Made by a program: the position numbers and the translations under genes
DNA from: an uncultured Solirubrobacteraceae bacterium
Lineage (GTDB): Bacteria; Actinomycetota; Thermoleophilia; Solirubrobacterales; Solirubrobacteraceae
Direction of reading: 5' to 3'
Length of the DNA: 60,416 bases
Assembly (NCBI GenBank): GCA_964518445.1
Contig: CAZFGJ010000001.1
Location: forward strand, 1 to 60,416
Part shown: positions 27,083 to 37,164 of the stretch, one piece after another
How the letters are laid out: each line of letters starts with the position of its first letter
How positions within the stretch are numbered: the stretch's first letter is position 1
Notes under the pieces: model-generated
Told to the model about the DNA's origin: nothing
Database searches by the model: none
What the model saw: the letters and a program-made list of their open reading frames with translations, nothing else

Positions 27083-27981
27083 CCCCTGAGGACCAGGACC
27101 TTGGCGATGGTGTTGGGCGGCGAGAGCACCTCGAAGCGCTCCCGCAGCCATTCGTCGGGCTTGCCCGACAGGTACTGATCGGCGATCTCGTCGTCCTGCG
27201 AGTCGCGCCGGTAGTGCTCCAGCAGCTCGGGGGTCCAGTCCTTGCAGAAGGTCGTCGTGACGAACATCCCGCCCGGCACCAGTGAGGAGGTGATCTGCTC
27301 GAGCGCCGGGATCGTGTCGGCCACGTGCTCGAAGGCCGACCACTCCACGACCAGGCCGCAGGGACCCTCCTGCGATGACGGATCGAAGAAGGAGTGATCG
27401 GTCGGGGCGTGGTGGAGGACCGGCTCAACACCCCGGTTCTTGGCCAGGAAGGAGATGAAGCTCAGGAACTCGGTAACGCGGTCGCTCTGCACGGTCCGGT
27501 AGCCCGCCAGCGCCATGGAGAGGCCGATCTGCCCCAGACCCGTGCCGAAGTCCAGCGCCCATACGGCCTCCGGTCCGCCCAGCGCCTCGAGGCGCTCGAG
27601 GATCCCGTCGTAGATCCAGAAGAAGTCGTGGCGCTCCGGATCCATCCTGTTGAACAGGGAGTACATGTGGAGGATCTGGAAGGTCATGTTGTCGACCCCC
27701 AGGGCCTTCTCGTAGCCGCGGGCCCGCGGGTCGTCCTCGTAGAACCAGGGCGTGGCGTACTGGGCCTTGTGTCCGGTCTCCCAGCCGAAGTACTCGATCA
27801 GCTCGCAGAGGCGCGATTCACGGTCGGTGAGATGCGGGTGGCCGCGCAGGCGGCTCCGGAAGACCTCTTCGGCCCGCTCATGGCCGGCCGAGAACGGCGG
27901 CTCGACAGCCGTCTCGACAGAGCCTCCTGTCGCCGTCCCGCCGGCAGGATCGCCTCGTCTGATGGCAGCCCGGAAGCCCAC
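27079..27981 (-). CDS. Class I SAM-dependent methyltransferase
   Basis: LDFGTGLG, SAFEHV, LVPGG; TATAGT 8 nt upstream of GTG. Confidence 0.8.
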   Translation of the reverse strand: MGFRAAIRRGDPAGGTATGGSVETAVEPPFSAGHERAEEVFRSRLRGHPHLTDRESRLCELIEYFGWETGHKAQYATPWFYEDDPRARGYEKALGVDNMTFQILHMYSLFNRMDPERHDFFWIYDGILERLEALGGPEAVWALDFGTGLGQIGLSMALAGYRTVQSDRVTEFLSFISFLAKNRGVEPVLHHAPTDHSFFDPSSQEGPCGLVVEWSAFEHVADTIPALEQITSSLVPGGMFVTTTFCKDWTPELLEHYRRDSQDDEIADQYLSGKPDEWLRERFEVLSPPNTIAKVLVLRG

Positions 27982-28021
27982 TGGCCGCGACTATAACGGC
28001 GTCCTGCCCGCGGGCTGCAGT

Positions 28022-28960
28022 TCAGGCCACCGGAACATCCGCCCCGAAGGCCCGCACATCCGCCAGCAGATCGTGTGCCAGGCGGGCGAACAGGAACGAG
28101 GCGCGGTACTGCTCGGCCTTCAGTCGCCCGCGGATGCGGATCTTCCGGTGCATGTCGGGGAAGCGGCGCAGCCGCTCGAGCACCCAGACGATGCCCTCGG
28201 GCGAGTCGATCTGCAGGTAGTCGATGTTGCGCTCAAGCCCGTGGGCCGGGGCGAGGTCCCCCGAGAGCAGGAGCTGCCCGGCGGCCAGGTGGAGAGGGAT
28301 CTGCGAGCCGAACCCCGTGCCCGGCTCGGCCGGGACGTGAACGGCCACGTCGAATTCACCCATCAGCTCGATGAGCTCCTGGCCGTAGATGCCGTCGATC
28401 AGGTGCAGCAGCTCGTGGTGGTGCTTGGCCGGGGTGAGCATCGCCTCGCGGTGCTCGGTGGAGCGGCCGATGGACATGGCGAGGGGCGTCCTGGACACCG
28501 CGGCCACCTCTGCCGTGGGGCGGAACATCAGGTCGCTGACGGGCGGCGGCACGGCCCGCCAGAGGGCCGTCGAGGCGACGGGGGCTCCCGTCAGCTCTCC
28601 CCTGAACGAGACCAGCCGATGGAGCCGCGAGATCGAGGCCGCGCCCGCCGCGTCGGGGAGATCACCGACGAGCACCCCGAGGGTGACGCCGGGAAGAGCC
28701 GCCAGCGACTCTGGCGCCAGGGCGGCCGGATCGAACAGGACGGTCACCTGCGGTGCGAAGGCTGCGAGATCATCGGTGCTCGCCCCGGACTCGCCGGCCA
28801 GCGGGCGGAGGTTGAACCAGGCAACAGTCCAGTCGGGGGTCCGCCCAGGCGGCGGGGCGCAGGTGGCAAGCCACCGGCCGGCTCCGGCGAAGGCGATGCG
28901 CAGCGGTGCTCCCTGTGGCCGCGGCAGGCTGGTTGACAGGCTGCTCTCAGCGGGGCTCAT
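28022..28960 (-). CDS. Putative glycosyltransferase, paralog of 26159..27082
   Basis: PPVSD.MF, IGRSTEHRE, HLAAGQLLLS..LAP.HGLE, GRL.AE.YRAS shared with paralog. Confidence 0.72.
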   Translation of the reverse strand: MSPAESSLSTSLPRPQGAPLRIAFAGAGRWLATCAPPPGRTPDWTVAWFNLRPLAGESGASTDDLAAFAPQVTVLFDPAALAPESLAALPGVTLGVLVGDLPDAAGAASISRLHRLVSFRGELTGAPVASTALWRAVPPPVSDLMFRPTAEVAAVSRTPLAMSIGRSTEHREAMLTPAKHHHELLHLIDGIYGQELIELMGEFDVAVHVPAEPGTGFGSQIPLHLAAGQLLLSGDLAPAHGLERNIDYLQIDSPEGIVWVLERLRRFPDMHRKIRIRGRLKAEQYRASFLFARLAHDLLADVRAFGADVPVA

Positions 28961-29005
28961 CGGCACCGCTACGATACCGACGGCCCTGGCGACGGGAAGA
29001 GGCGC

Positions 29006-29944
29006 ATGTCCGATTGGCAAGAGCGAATCACCCATGAGACGGCGCCGGCGATTCGCGTCGAGCATGACCTCCGCTACCTGAGCGCCGCTCCTTTGATCCT
29101 CTCGGGCGGCCCCTGGGCCGACCTGGGCTGCGGCAACGGGGTGGCGGCGGCAAGCGCCCTGGGCGAGGAGCGCCCGAAGGACATCGTCCTGGTGGACCTC
29201 GAGGAGTCAGCCGCCACGGCGGCCGCGGCCGAGCTGGGGGTTGCGGAGGCCGACCGGATCGCCGGAGACCTGACCGACCCGGCTCTGCTGGAGCGGATCG
29301 GCGGGCTGCTGGTCGCGGCGCCGGGCGACCCGGTGATCACCTGCTTCGAGGTGGTCGAGCACCTGAGCACCTTCCTGCCCCTGCTGGAGTGGGCGCTTCC
29401 GCTCGCCGCCGAGCATCGTGCGACGTTCGTCCTGAGCGTTCCCAATGACGCCTTCTGGGCGACCCAGAACCCCCACCACCTGAGCTCCTGGGGGATCGGC
29501 GCCTTCGAGGAACTGACCCAGCTGCTGCCGCCCGAGCGGACGATGCTGCGCCAGATCGCTTTGAACGGCTCGGCTCTGCTCGACTGGGACGCCGCCCCGC
29601 TGACGCAGACGATCGAGGCCCGGCTCGACGCGCAGCGGGCCGTCGCCAGCCATTTCCTGGTCGCCTTCGGGCCCTCCCACGAGCTGCTGGCCCGTGGCGC
29701 CCGTGCGCTTCAGGCCGACGCCGAGCAGGACCGCCGCCTGGAGCGCGAACGCGAGAGCTACAGGGTGCAGCTGCGCGAGGCCCTGGCCCAGCAGGATCAG
29801 ACGATCGCCAAGCAGACCGAGGAGCTGCGAGCCCAGACGGCCGAGTTCGAGAAGTGGCGCGTCTACATCCACGAGCTCGAGGCCGAACTCGGGCGCAAGC
29901 CGTCGGGAAGCGATGCCGCCGCAGGCGGGGCCGATCCGGCCTGA
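29006..29944 (+). CDS. Class I SAM-dependent methyltransferase with C-terminal coiled coil
   Basis: EH..RY, DLGCGNG, CFEVVEHL, SVPN, NPHH; Glu/Gln/Arg heptads at the C-terminus. Confidence 0.82.
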   Translation: MSDWQERITHETAPAIRVEHDLRYLSAAPLILSGGPWADLGCGNGVAAASALGEERPKDIVLVDLEESAATAAAAELGVAEADRIAGDLTDPALLERIGGLLVAAPGDPVITCFEVVEHLSTFLPLLEWALPLAAEHRATFVLSVPNDAFWATQNPHHLSSWGIGAFEELTQLLPPERTMLRQIALNGSALLDWDAAPLTQTIEARLDAQRAVASHFLVAFGPSHELLARGARALQADAEQDRRLERERESYRVQLREALAQQDQTIAKQTEELRAQTAEFEKWRVYIHELEAELGRKPSGSDAAAGGADPA

Positions 29945-31209
29945 TGAAGGTCGCCTTCCTGGTCAATGACCTGGCGCTGTCCGGCGGGATGGGGGTCGTG
30001 GTGCAGCACGCCAGCCGTCTCAGCCAGCTGCCCGATTGGGACGTCACGCTGGTCCTGGTCCGCGACGCCGAGGGCCCCAGCTGGCACGGCTACGAACACC
30101 TCCCCCACCTCCACGTCCGCGACCGCGACCATGCCCGCCAGGAGCACTACGACATCGCCATCGCCACCTGGTGGGAGACGACGTTCACCCTGTTCGAGCT
30201 CTCGGCCGAGCGCTACGCCTACTTCATCCAGAGCATCGAGGACCGCTTCTACCTGCATGACGAGGCCGAGCGGCTGGGCGCCGGCCTGACGCTCGATCTG
30301 CCGGTCAGCTTCATCACCGAGGCCGGCTGGATTCGCGAGACGCTGAGCCTGCTGCGTCCGGACGCCTCCTGCCACCTGGTCCGAAACGGCATCGAAAAGG
30401 ATGTATTTGCTCCTCTCGAGCACGCGCCGGTGAACGCCGACGGGCCGTTGAGGGTGCTTGTCGAGGGTTCGCCCCACTCCTGGTTCAAGCACGTCCGGGA
30501 GGCGATCAACGCCGCCTCGGCGATGCGCGAGCCACACCATGTGACGGTCGTCTGCACCGACCGCGAGGCGCTCGGCGAGGTGGTCGCCGACGAGGTCGTG
30601 GGGCCGATCAGCCACCGCGAGATGGCCGACCTCTACGCCCAGACGGACGTGGTCCTGAAGCTCTCGAGCGTCGAGGGGATGTTCGGGCCGCCGCTCGAGG
30701 GGTTCCACCGCGGGGCGACCTGCGTGGTGACCCCCGTGACTGGTCACGAGGAGTACATCGAGCACGGCTGGAACGGGCTGATCACAGACTGGGATGACCT
30801 GCGCGGGACCGCCCGCCAGCTGGACCTGCTGGCACGCGACAGGGAGCTGCTTCAGTTCCTTCGCACGAACGCGCTGGAGACGGCCCGCGCCTGGCCCTAC
30901 TGGCAGCAGTCGAGCCAGTTCATGGCCGGAGCCCTCGAGGCGATTCTGCGCGAACCCTCCCCCGGCGGCGCGGCGGGCGCGCGGGGCCTCCTGGCCGACC
31001 TGCGGGGCGGGATCGAGATCTACAACGGGCACCTTGTCGAGCGTGCCGGCTACGCGAGGCGGGCCATGCGCTTCGAGCGCCGGATCGCCCGCATCCGAGC
31101 GACACCCCCGATGCGCTTCGCCCAGTCGCTGCGGCGCTACCGGGTCGTCCAGCTCGCCCTGCGCCCGCTTCGTCCCCTGGCAAGGCGCCTGCGCCGGATG
31201 CTCTCGTGA
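29944..31209 (+). CDS. GT4-like glycosyltransferase
   Basis: TGATG coupling; SGG..VV..HA, ATWWET, YFIQS.E, EGMFGPPLE. Confidence 0.85.
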   Translation: MKVAFLVNDLALSGGMGVVVQHASRLSQLPDWDVTLVLVRDAEGPSWHGYEHLPHLHVRDRDHARQEHYDIAIATWWETTFTLFELSAERYAYFIQSIEDRFYLHDEAERLGAGLTLDLPVSFITEAGWIRETLSLLRPDASCHLVRNGIEKDVFAPLEHAPVNADGPLRVLVEGSPHSWFKHVREAINAASAMREPHHVTVVCTDREALGEVVADEVVGPISHREMADLYAQTDVVLKLSSVEGMFGPPLEGFHRGATCVVTPVTGHEEYIEHGWNGLITDWDDLRGTARQLDLLARDRELLQFLRTNALETARAWPYWQQSSQFMAGALEAILREPSPGGAAGARGLLADLRGGIEIYNGHLVERAGYARRAMRFERRIARIRATPPMRFAQSLRRYRVVQLALRPLRPLARRLRRMLS

Positions 31210-32387
31210 GCCCCCAGACGTTCGGCAGGCTCCGCTCCGCGTTGAGAGGCGGTGCGGCTGGTGGCAGAGTCGCCGCCCCGTCCGCGCCACGCGAGGCGAT
31301 GCTCGAGCTCGCCCGCGCCGGCCCGGCGGCTCTTCGCGAGGGAGGCGCTCGATCGGGCGAGCTTCTCTCGCTGGCGATCGTGATCCCGTCCTTCCGGCGG
31401 GGCAGCGGCGGACACGCCACGATCGTCGCGCTGGCCCGCGCGCTGAGCGGCCTGGGGCTGGACGTCTCGATCTGGCTGGAGGACTTCGAGGGCCGCCACG
31501 CGCAGGCGGGTGAGATGGCGACGGCCGAGCAGTTCGCCGAGTTCTTCAACGCCGCCGAGATCCCCTTCCACTCGGGGTTCAAGGAGTGGGCCGGCGCTGA
31601 TGTGGTGATCGCCACCGGCTGGCAGACGGCACCCCGGGTGCTGCTGCTCCCGAACGCCGGCGGGAGGGCCTACCTGGTGCAGGATCACGAGCCGGAGTTC
31701 TACGCCACATCGGCCGAGTCCCTGTGGGCGGCGGCCACCTACCGCGAGGAGTTCCACTGCATCGCCGCCAGCCCCTGGCTGGCCGAGCTGCTCCGGACGC
31801 GCTACGGGGTGACGGCCTCCCACTTCGACCTGGCCCTCGACCACTCGATCTACCGCCCGGCGAAGGAGACAGTCCGCCGCGAGGACCTCGTCGTCTTCTA
31901 CGCACGGGCGGCCACGCCACGCCGAGCCGTTCCGCTGGGCCTGTCGGGCCTCGAGGAGCTGGCTCACCGCAGGCCCGACCTGGAGATCGTCCTCTACGGG
32001 GAAGCCTCCGAGCTGCCCGTCAGCTTCCCGGCGCGGCAGGTGGGCGTCCTCGACGGGCCGGCACTTGGCGAGCTCTACTCCCAGGCGAGCGTCGGGATGG
32101 TGCTCTCGCTTACCAACCCCTCGCTGATCTCCCTCGAGATGGCCGCCTGCGGGCTGCCCTGCGTCGAGCTGGCCAGCGAATCGATGGTTGCCACCTTCGG
32201 CGCGGCCGGGCCGCTGACGCTGGCCGAGGGAGACCCGATCCGGCTCTGTGAGGCGATCGAGGGGCTGCTGGACGACCCCCAGCGCCGTCAGGGCGCCTCC
32301 AGGAGGGGTCTGGCTCTGGTGGCGGAGCGATCCTGGGACGCGGCCGCGCTTCAGGTCATCGAGGGGCTGCGCACAGCCCTGGCCTGA
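31206..32387 (+). CDS. WsaF-like GT4 glycosyltransferase (rhamnosyltransferase-like)
   Basis: GSGGH.TI, ATGW.TA, YLVQDHEPEFY, FYAR..TPRR, SLTNPSL..LEM.ACG. Confidence 0.82.
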   Translation: MSPQTFGRLRSALRGGAAGGRVAAPSAPREAMLELARAGPAALREGGARSGELLSLAIVIPSFRRGSGGHATIVALARALSGLGLDVSIWLEDFEGRHAQAGEMATAEQFAEFFNAAEIPFHSGFKEWAGADVVIATGWQTAPRVLLLPNAGGRAYLVQDHEPEFYATSAESLWAAATYREEFHCIAASPWLAELLRTRYGVTASHFDLALDHSIYRPAKETVRREDLVVFYARAATPRRAVPLGLSGLEELAHRRPDLEIVLYGEASELPVSFPARQVGVLDGPALGELYSQASVGMVLSLTNPSLISLEMAACGLPCVELASESMVATFGAAGPLTLAEGDPIRLCEAIEGLLDDPQRRQGASRRGLALVAERSWDAAALQVIEGLRTALA

Positions 32388-32397
32388 CGGCGGCGAC

Positions 32398-34668
32398 TCA
32401 GCAGTGAGCGGGAGCGGCGGGCTCGGGAGAGAGCTCCACCGAGGCGAGCCCCCCGGCGACGTTGCGTCCGGCGACGAGAGCCGATCGACCCGAGCCGATC
32501 GCCCCTTGGATCGCCGTGACCCCGGCCGGAAGGCAGGCCGTCATGTGCAGCACCTGAGGTGCACCGTTGCTCGTCAGGCGCACCTGGCGTGCAACCGAGC
32601 CGAGCCTGACGTTCACCACCGTCCCCGTGGTGGCCCCGGGGACCGGGACGAACGTCATCGCCACCGCCACGGCCTGTGGCGAGGAGGAGCTCGGGGCGAA
32701 CAGGAATGTCTTCGCCGCGGGCCCCGTGCCGATGAAGCCGTCCGGCAGGAGACCGACCGCCAGCCAGTCGGCGTAGGGCGGGCGCTCGATCCTGGTGAGC
32801 ATCAGCACACCGTCGGAGGACCTCGCCACGACAGAGCCCCGCAGCTGCAGGAAGGGCGAGTCGTTCTGGCCGACCACGTAACCCTGAATGCCGGCTGCGG
32901 CGGGTGCCGGGGTGATTGCACCGCTCGTCAGGTCGACCGACAGCGACGGGACACCCGGCCTGGCCGCGAGGGGGAACTCGACGGGCGGCACGCCGATGCC
33001 GGGCACTTCCGCCCAGCCGATCAGGTTGGGCGTCCAGAACAGGGCCGTGTGGAGCTGGTCTTCAGCGGGGGCGGCGGTGGCGGCGGGCGGGAGGGCAATC
33101 GACTCGTTGTCCAGCCAGGTGATCTTGGCCGAGCCGGCCGCCCGTTCGAGCCATCCGACGGCGGCGAAGCTTCCGCCCGTTCGTCCCTGGATCCCCGGCA
33201 CCCTCCCGTCGATCGTGGCGAAGGCGTACCCGGTGAGGAGCAGCTGCAACGTCACGGCTATGCCGATGATCCAAGCCCGCCCTCGCGGAGAGCGCGGCCA
33301 GAGCGCCAACGCCAGGACGCCCGCAACGACGGTCAGGATGGCGAGGGCGTCCTGAATGCTCAGGCCGGTCAGCCCGACATCGATCAGCCGCTGATACATC
33401 ACGTGCGGCACCACCGACTCGGCCGGGGCGAGGAACGCGGTTTCCTGGCTCAGCGGGGAGAGGAAGGGGATCGAGGCGAAGACCGCCGCGAGGGCGAGGG
33501 AGACGATCAGCAACTCGCCGGCCCTGACCTGGCCATCCTCGAGCGCCGCGAACGTTCCCAGCCAGAAGACGGGGATGACGTAGAAGAAGTAGCGCTCCTC
33601 GGTGATCGGGCCCAGGTATCCGCCCTGTGAGTAGACGGTCAACACGAGGAACACGACCAGCACGATCGAGGAGGCCGCAAGGAAGACCCAGCGCCTGTCC
33701 AGGGTCGGGCGGGTGATGCTCCTGCACCACCAGGCGATAGAGACGATCGCCGGAAGCAGCCCGACACCGAGAGCCAGCGCGATCAGCTCGACGAGCAGCC
33801 CCTCGAACATGTTGCTGGGCAGGCCGTTTCGGATGATCACGTTGCTGTAGGTGCCGAGGGCCTGGGTGACTTTGGCGCTCCAGGTCGGCTGGGAGTGCTC
33901 GTAGAGCAGCACCACGACGCCGGCCACCAGGAGGAGGAAGGAGGCGATGTGGCCCCTCGCCGAGGCGCCTATTCCGCTCCCCAGCCGGCGCCAGAAGGAG
34001 CGGGACCCCTCGACGCGCAGATACTCGACCAGGACGATCGCCGGGATGTAGCCGAGGAAGACGGCCGCGAACTGGACGCGGGTGCACACCAGCAACCCGA
34101 TGGCCAGCAGCGCCAGCAGATCCGAGCGGATCGAGGGCCTCCAGACCGCCGCGCAGACGGCCAGGACGGTCCACCAGAACAACGGGTAGGAGAGGTTCTC
34201 CGTGAAGAGGGCCGATGTGAGCGTCAGCCAGGGCACGACCACGCTCAGCAGCGCGAACGCGACGGCGAACCAGGCCGAGCGGAGGATCACACGGCCCATC
34301 AGATAGAGGGGGAAGACGGTGCTGATGAACAGCACCACGCTCAGGACGTGGTCGACCCGGATCGAGTTGACCCCGCCGAACAGGTGGTAGGCAACGGACA
34401 GCAGCAGCGAGTAGAGGCGATTGGTCGCCCTCGCGTCGAGGTCGTGGAAGAGAGAGTGCGGAAGGTCGCCGGTGTAGTGGACCGCCGACTGCTGGATCAG
34501 CGTCTCGTCGAGCGCGAACGCCTTGACGTGCGCCGCGAAGATCCCGGCGGCGAGGGCCAGGACGAAGGCCACTCCCGTGAGCACGAGGAACGGCCTGTTG
34601 GAGAGCGGGAGATGAGTCCGATGGCCGCTCGAGCGTCCCGACCGCTCGTTGACGGAGGCAGCCTCCAC
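32398..34668 (-). CDS. Polytopic membrane protein, GT-C-like glycosyltransferase/ligase with extracellular C-terminal domain
   Basis: DE motif after first TM, FTENL.YP, ERY; about 11-13 hydrophobic segments. Confidence 0.65.
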   Translation of the reverse strand: MEAASVNERSGRSSGHRTHLPLSNRPFLVLTGVAFVLALAAGIFAAHVKAFALDETLIQQSAVHYTGDLPHSLFHDLDARATNRLYSLLLSVAYHLFGGVNSIRVDHVLSVVLFISTVFPLYLMGRVILRSAWFAVAFALLSVVVPWLTLTSALFTENLSYPLFWWTVLAVCAAVWRPSIRSDLLALLAIGLLVCTRVQFAAVFLGYIPAIVLVEYLRVEGSRSFWRRLGSGIGASARGHIASFLLLVAGVVVLLYEHSQPTWSAKVTQALGTYSNVIIRNGLPSNMFEGLLVELIALALGVGLLPAIVSIAWWCRSITRPTLDRRWVFLAASSIVLVVFLVLTVYSQGGYLGPITEERYFFYVIPVFWLGTFAALEDGQVRAGELLIVSLALAAVFASIPFLSPLSQETAFLAPAESVVPHVMYQRLIDVGLTGLSIQDALAILTVVAGVLALALWPRSPRGRAWIIGIAVTLQLLLTGYAFATIDGRVPGIQGRTGGSFAAVGWLERAAGSAKITWLDNESIALPPAATAAPAEDQLHTALFWTPNLIGWAEVPGIGVPPVEFPLAARPGVPSLSVDLTSGAITPAPAAAGIQGYVVGQNDSPFLQLRGSVVARSSDGVLMLTRIERPPYADWLAVGLLPDGFIGTGPAAKTFLFAPSSSSPQAVAVAMTFVPVPGATTGTVVNVRLGSVARQVRLTSNGAPQVLHMTACLPAGVTAIQGAIGSGRSALVAGRNVAGGLASVELSPEPAAPAHC

Positions 34669-34669
34669 G

Positions 34670-35848
34670 TCAGGTTCGGCGCAACCCTAGGATGCTCAGG
34701 AGGAATGACGAGAAGAAGATCTGGATGCCGACGATCAGGACCGACGCGGCGATCACGGCAAGCCGTTCGTCGCTGAGCGAACCGAACCCATGTGAGACCC
34801 AGGTGGCGATGATGACGCCACCCAGGACGATGCCGACGAGCATGAACAGGCCCCCGAGCATCAGCCCGTGCTCCAACCTGAAGCGGGCTCGCATCCTGTC
34901 GAACCAGGGGTCCTTCTCGCCCATGAAATAGGTGCCGTAGGCGTGGGCGCAGAGTCCCAGCGCGAGGATTTGGGTGCCGACGATCATCAGGAGCGAGCCG
35001 CCGATGATGGCGTGCACCCCCCAGGACCGGCCGAAGAGGTTCACGCCGCCCTCGACGATGATCAGGATCAATGTGCCCAGGCCCGCCAGCAGCGCGCCGG
35101 GAACGACGAAGAGATGGGTCGGGCTGTGGACGAGCAGGAAGCGCAGATGGCGCCAGCCGTCGCGGAAGCTTGAGAGCTTGCTCTCACCGCCGCGGGGGTG
35201 GTATTCGATTGGGAACTCGGCGATTTTCAGCTTCTCCTTGGAGGCCCTGATCACCATCTCCGAGGCGAACTCCATCCCGGTCGTGCGCAGGTCCAGACGC
35301 GGGAGCACATCCCGCCGCAGGGCCCTCATGCCGCAGTGCGCGTCGCTGATGCCGGTGCGGAAGAACAGGTTCAGGATCCCCGTCAGGATCGGGTTGCCGA
35401 CGTAGCGGTGAAGCCAGGGCATGGCACCGGGCTGGATGTTGTCCATCCGGTCGCCGATCACCATCTCGGCACCCTCCTCCAGCGCCGCGACGAACCGGGG
35501 GATCTCGTTGAAGTCGTAGGTGAGGTCGGCGTCGGCCATCACGATGTAGCGGCCACGGGAGGCGGCAAAGCCCGCCAGGTAGGCGCTGCCGTAGCCGCGG
35601 CGACGCTCGACGATCACCCGGGCGCCGGCCTGTTCGGCCAGCCGGGCGGAGTCGTCCTCGGAGTTGTTGTCGGCAACGACGACCTCGCCGATCACGCCCA
35701 TCCGCTCGATCGCCTCGCGGGCAAGGGTGACGCAGCGCTCGATGTTCTCGGCCTCGTTGAGGCAGGGGATCACGACCGAGACCAGGGGTCCCAGGTCCGG
35801 CGCCCCGGCTTCGGGCGGGGCGACTCTTGTCGGGGCGACTGTGCTCAT
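34670..35848 (-). CDS. GT2 polyprenol-phosphate glycosyltransferase (DPM synthase-like) with C-terminal TM helices
   Basis: VVIPCLNEA, DN.S.D, GYG, MADAD..YD, DAHCG.RA, MEFASEM, SKL..FRDGWRH. Confidence 0.9.
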   Translation of the reverse strand: MSTVAPTRVAPPEAGAPDLGPLVSVVIPCLNEAENIERCVTLAREAIERMGVIGEVVVADNNSEDDSARLAEQAGARVIVERRRGYGSAYLAGFAASRGRYIVMADADLTYDFNEIPRFVAALEEGAEMVIGDRMDNIQPGAMPWLHRYVGNPILTGILNLFFRTGISDAHCGMRALRRDVLPRLDLRTTGMEFASEMVIRASKEKLKIAEFPIEYHPRGGESKLSSFRDGWRHLRFLLVHSPTHLFVVPGALLAGLGTLILIIVEGGVNLFGRSWGVHAIIGGSLLMIVGTQILALGLCAHAYGTYFMGEKDPWFDRMRARFRLEHGLMLGGLFMLVGIVLGGVIIATWVSHGFGSLSDERLAVIAASVLIVGIQIFFSSFLLSILGLRRT

Positions 35849-36003
35849 ATTGGGATGAAGCGCTTCAGGCCCGGTTCTGAGGAACCGGGCGAACTTCAAG
35901 CGTTATAACGCCCGCGAGGGTGGAAAGTAACGCTCGGCGAGGACATTGCCCGCAAACCCGCGGCGGCGAAACCGGCCGCCCGGCTAGATGAGATGCTAGC
36001 CGG

Positions 36004-37164
36004 ATGCGCATCTGCATCGTCTACGACTGCCTCTTCCCTCACACCGTAGGGGGCGCCGAGCGCTGGTATCGCAACGTCGCCGAGCGTCTGACGGCCGAGG
36101 GCCACGAGGTCACCTATTTGACGTTGCGCCAGTGGGAGCGCGGCGAGCAGGCGCAGATCGATCCTGGCGTCCGGGTGGTGACTGCAGGCCCGCGCCTGGC
36201 GCTCTACACCGAGGACGGGCGCAGGCGGATTCTCCCCCCGGTCGTCTTCGGCCTGGGGGTCCTGTGGCATCTGCTTCGCCACGGACGGCGCTATGACGTC
36301 GTCCACACGGCCTCCTTCCCCTACTTCTCCCTGCTGGCGGCCGGCGCGCTGCGGCCGCTGGGCCGCTACCGGCTGATCGTCGACTGGCACGAGGTGTGGA
36401 GCCGGGCCTACTGGCGCGAGTACCTGGGAGCAGCCGGCGGGATGGTGGGCCATCTGATTCAGAGGACCTGCGCCCGGATCCCCCAGCAGGCCTTCTGCTT
36501 CTCGAAACTCCACGCCGCGCGACTGTCCGCCGAGGGCCTGACGGGCGAGGTGACGGTCCTCGAAGGCGAGTATGCGGGGTCGCTCGAGGCGCCGGTCGTG
36601 CAGGAGGCCGGCTCGACGGTCGTCTTCGCCGGGCGGATGATCCCCGAGAAGCGGGCGCCCGCCGGGGTCGACGGCGTCGCGGAGGCCGCCCGCCGGATGC
36701 CGGAGCTGCGTGGAGTGTTCTACGGCGACGGGCCCGAGCGCCCGGCCGTCCTCGAGGCGATCCGCGCGACCGGCCTTGGAGACCGGATCTCGGCCCCGGG
36801 ATTCGTCGCGGGCGAGGAGGTCGACTCGGCTCTGCGCGAAGCCCTCTGCATGCTGCTTCCCTCCAGCCGGGAGGGCTACGGGATGGTCGTCGTCGAGGCA
36901 GGCGCCCGCGGAACGCCGAGCATCGTCGTGGCTGGCGAGGACAACGCGGCCACCGAGCTGATCGAGGAGGGCGTCAACGGCTTCGTGGCTCCGAGCGCCG
37001 CGCCGGCGGACCTGGCGGCGGCGATCGGTCGCGTCCGGGACGGAGGCATGGCGCTGAGGCAGAGCACGGCCGGCTGGTTCACCCAGAACGCCAGGCGACT
37101 GTCGCTTGACTCCTCGCTTGAGATCGTCATTGCCGCCTACCGGGCGGCCAGCGCCCGCTCGTAG
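36004..37164 (+). CDS. GT4 glycosyltransferase
   Basis: GGAERW, FAGR..PEK, EGYGMVVVEA. Confidence 0.9.
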   Translation: MRICIVYDCLFPHTVGGAERWYRNVAERLTAEGHEVTYLTLRQWERGEQAQIDPGVRVVTAGPRLALYTEDGRRRILPPVVFGLGVLWHLLRHGRRYDVVHTASFPYFSLLAAGALRPLGRYRLIVDWHEVWSRAYWREYLGAAGGMVGHLIQRTCARIPQQAFCFSKLHAARLSAEGLTGEVTVLEGEYAGSLEAPVVQEAGSTVVFAGRMIPEKRAPAGVDGVAEAARRMPELRGVFYGDGPERPAVLEAIRATGLGDRISAPGFVAGEEVDSALREALCMLLPSSREGYGMVVVEAGARGTPSIVVAGEDNAATELIEEGVNGFVAPSAAPADLAAAIGRVRDGGMALRQSTAGWFTQNARRLSLDSSLEIVIAAYRAASARS

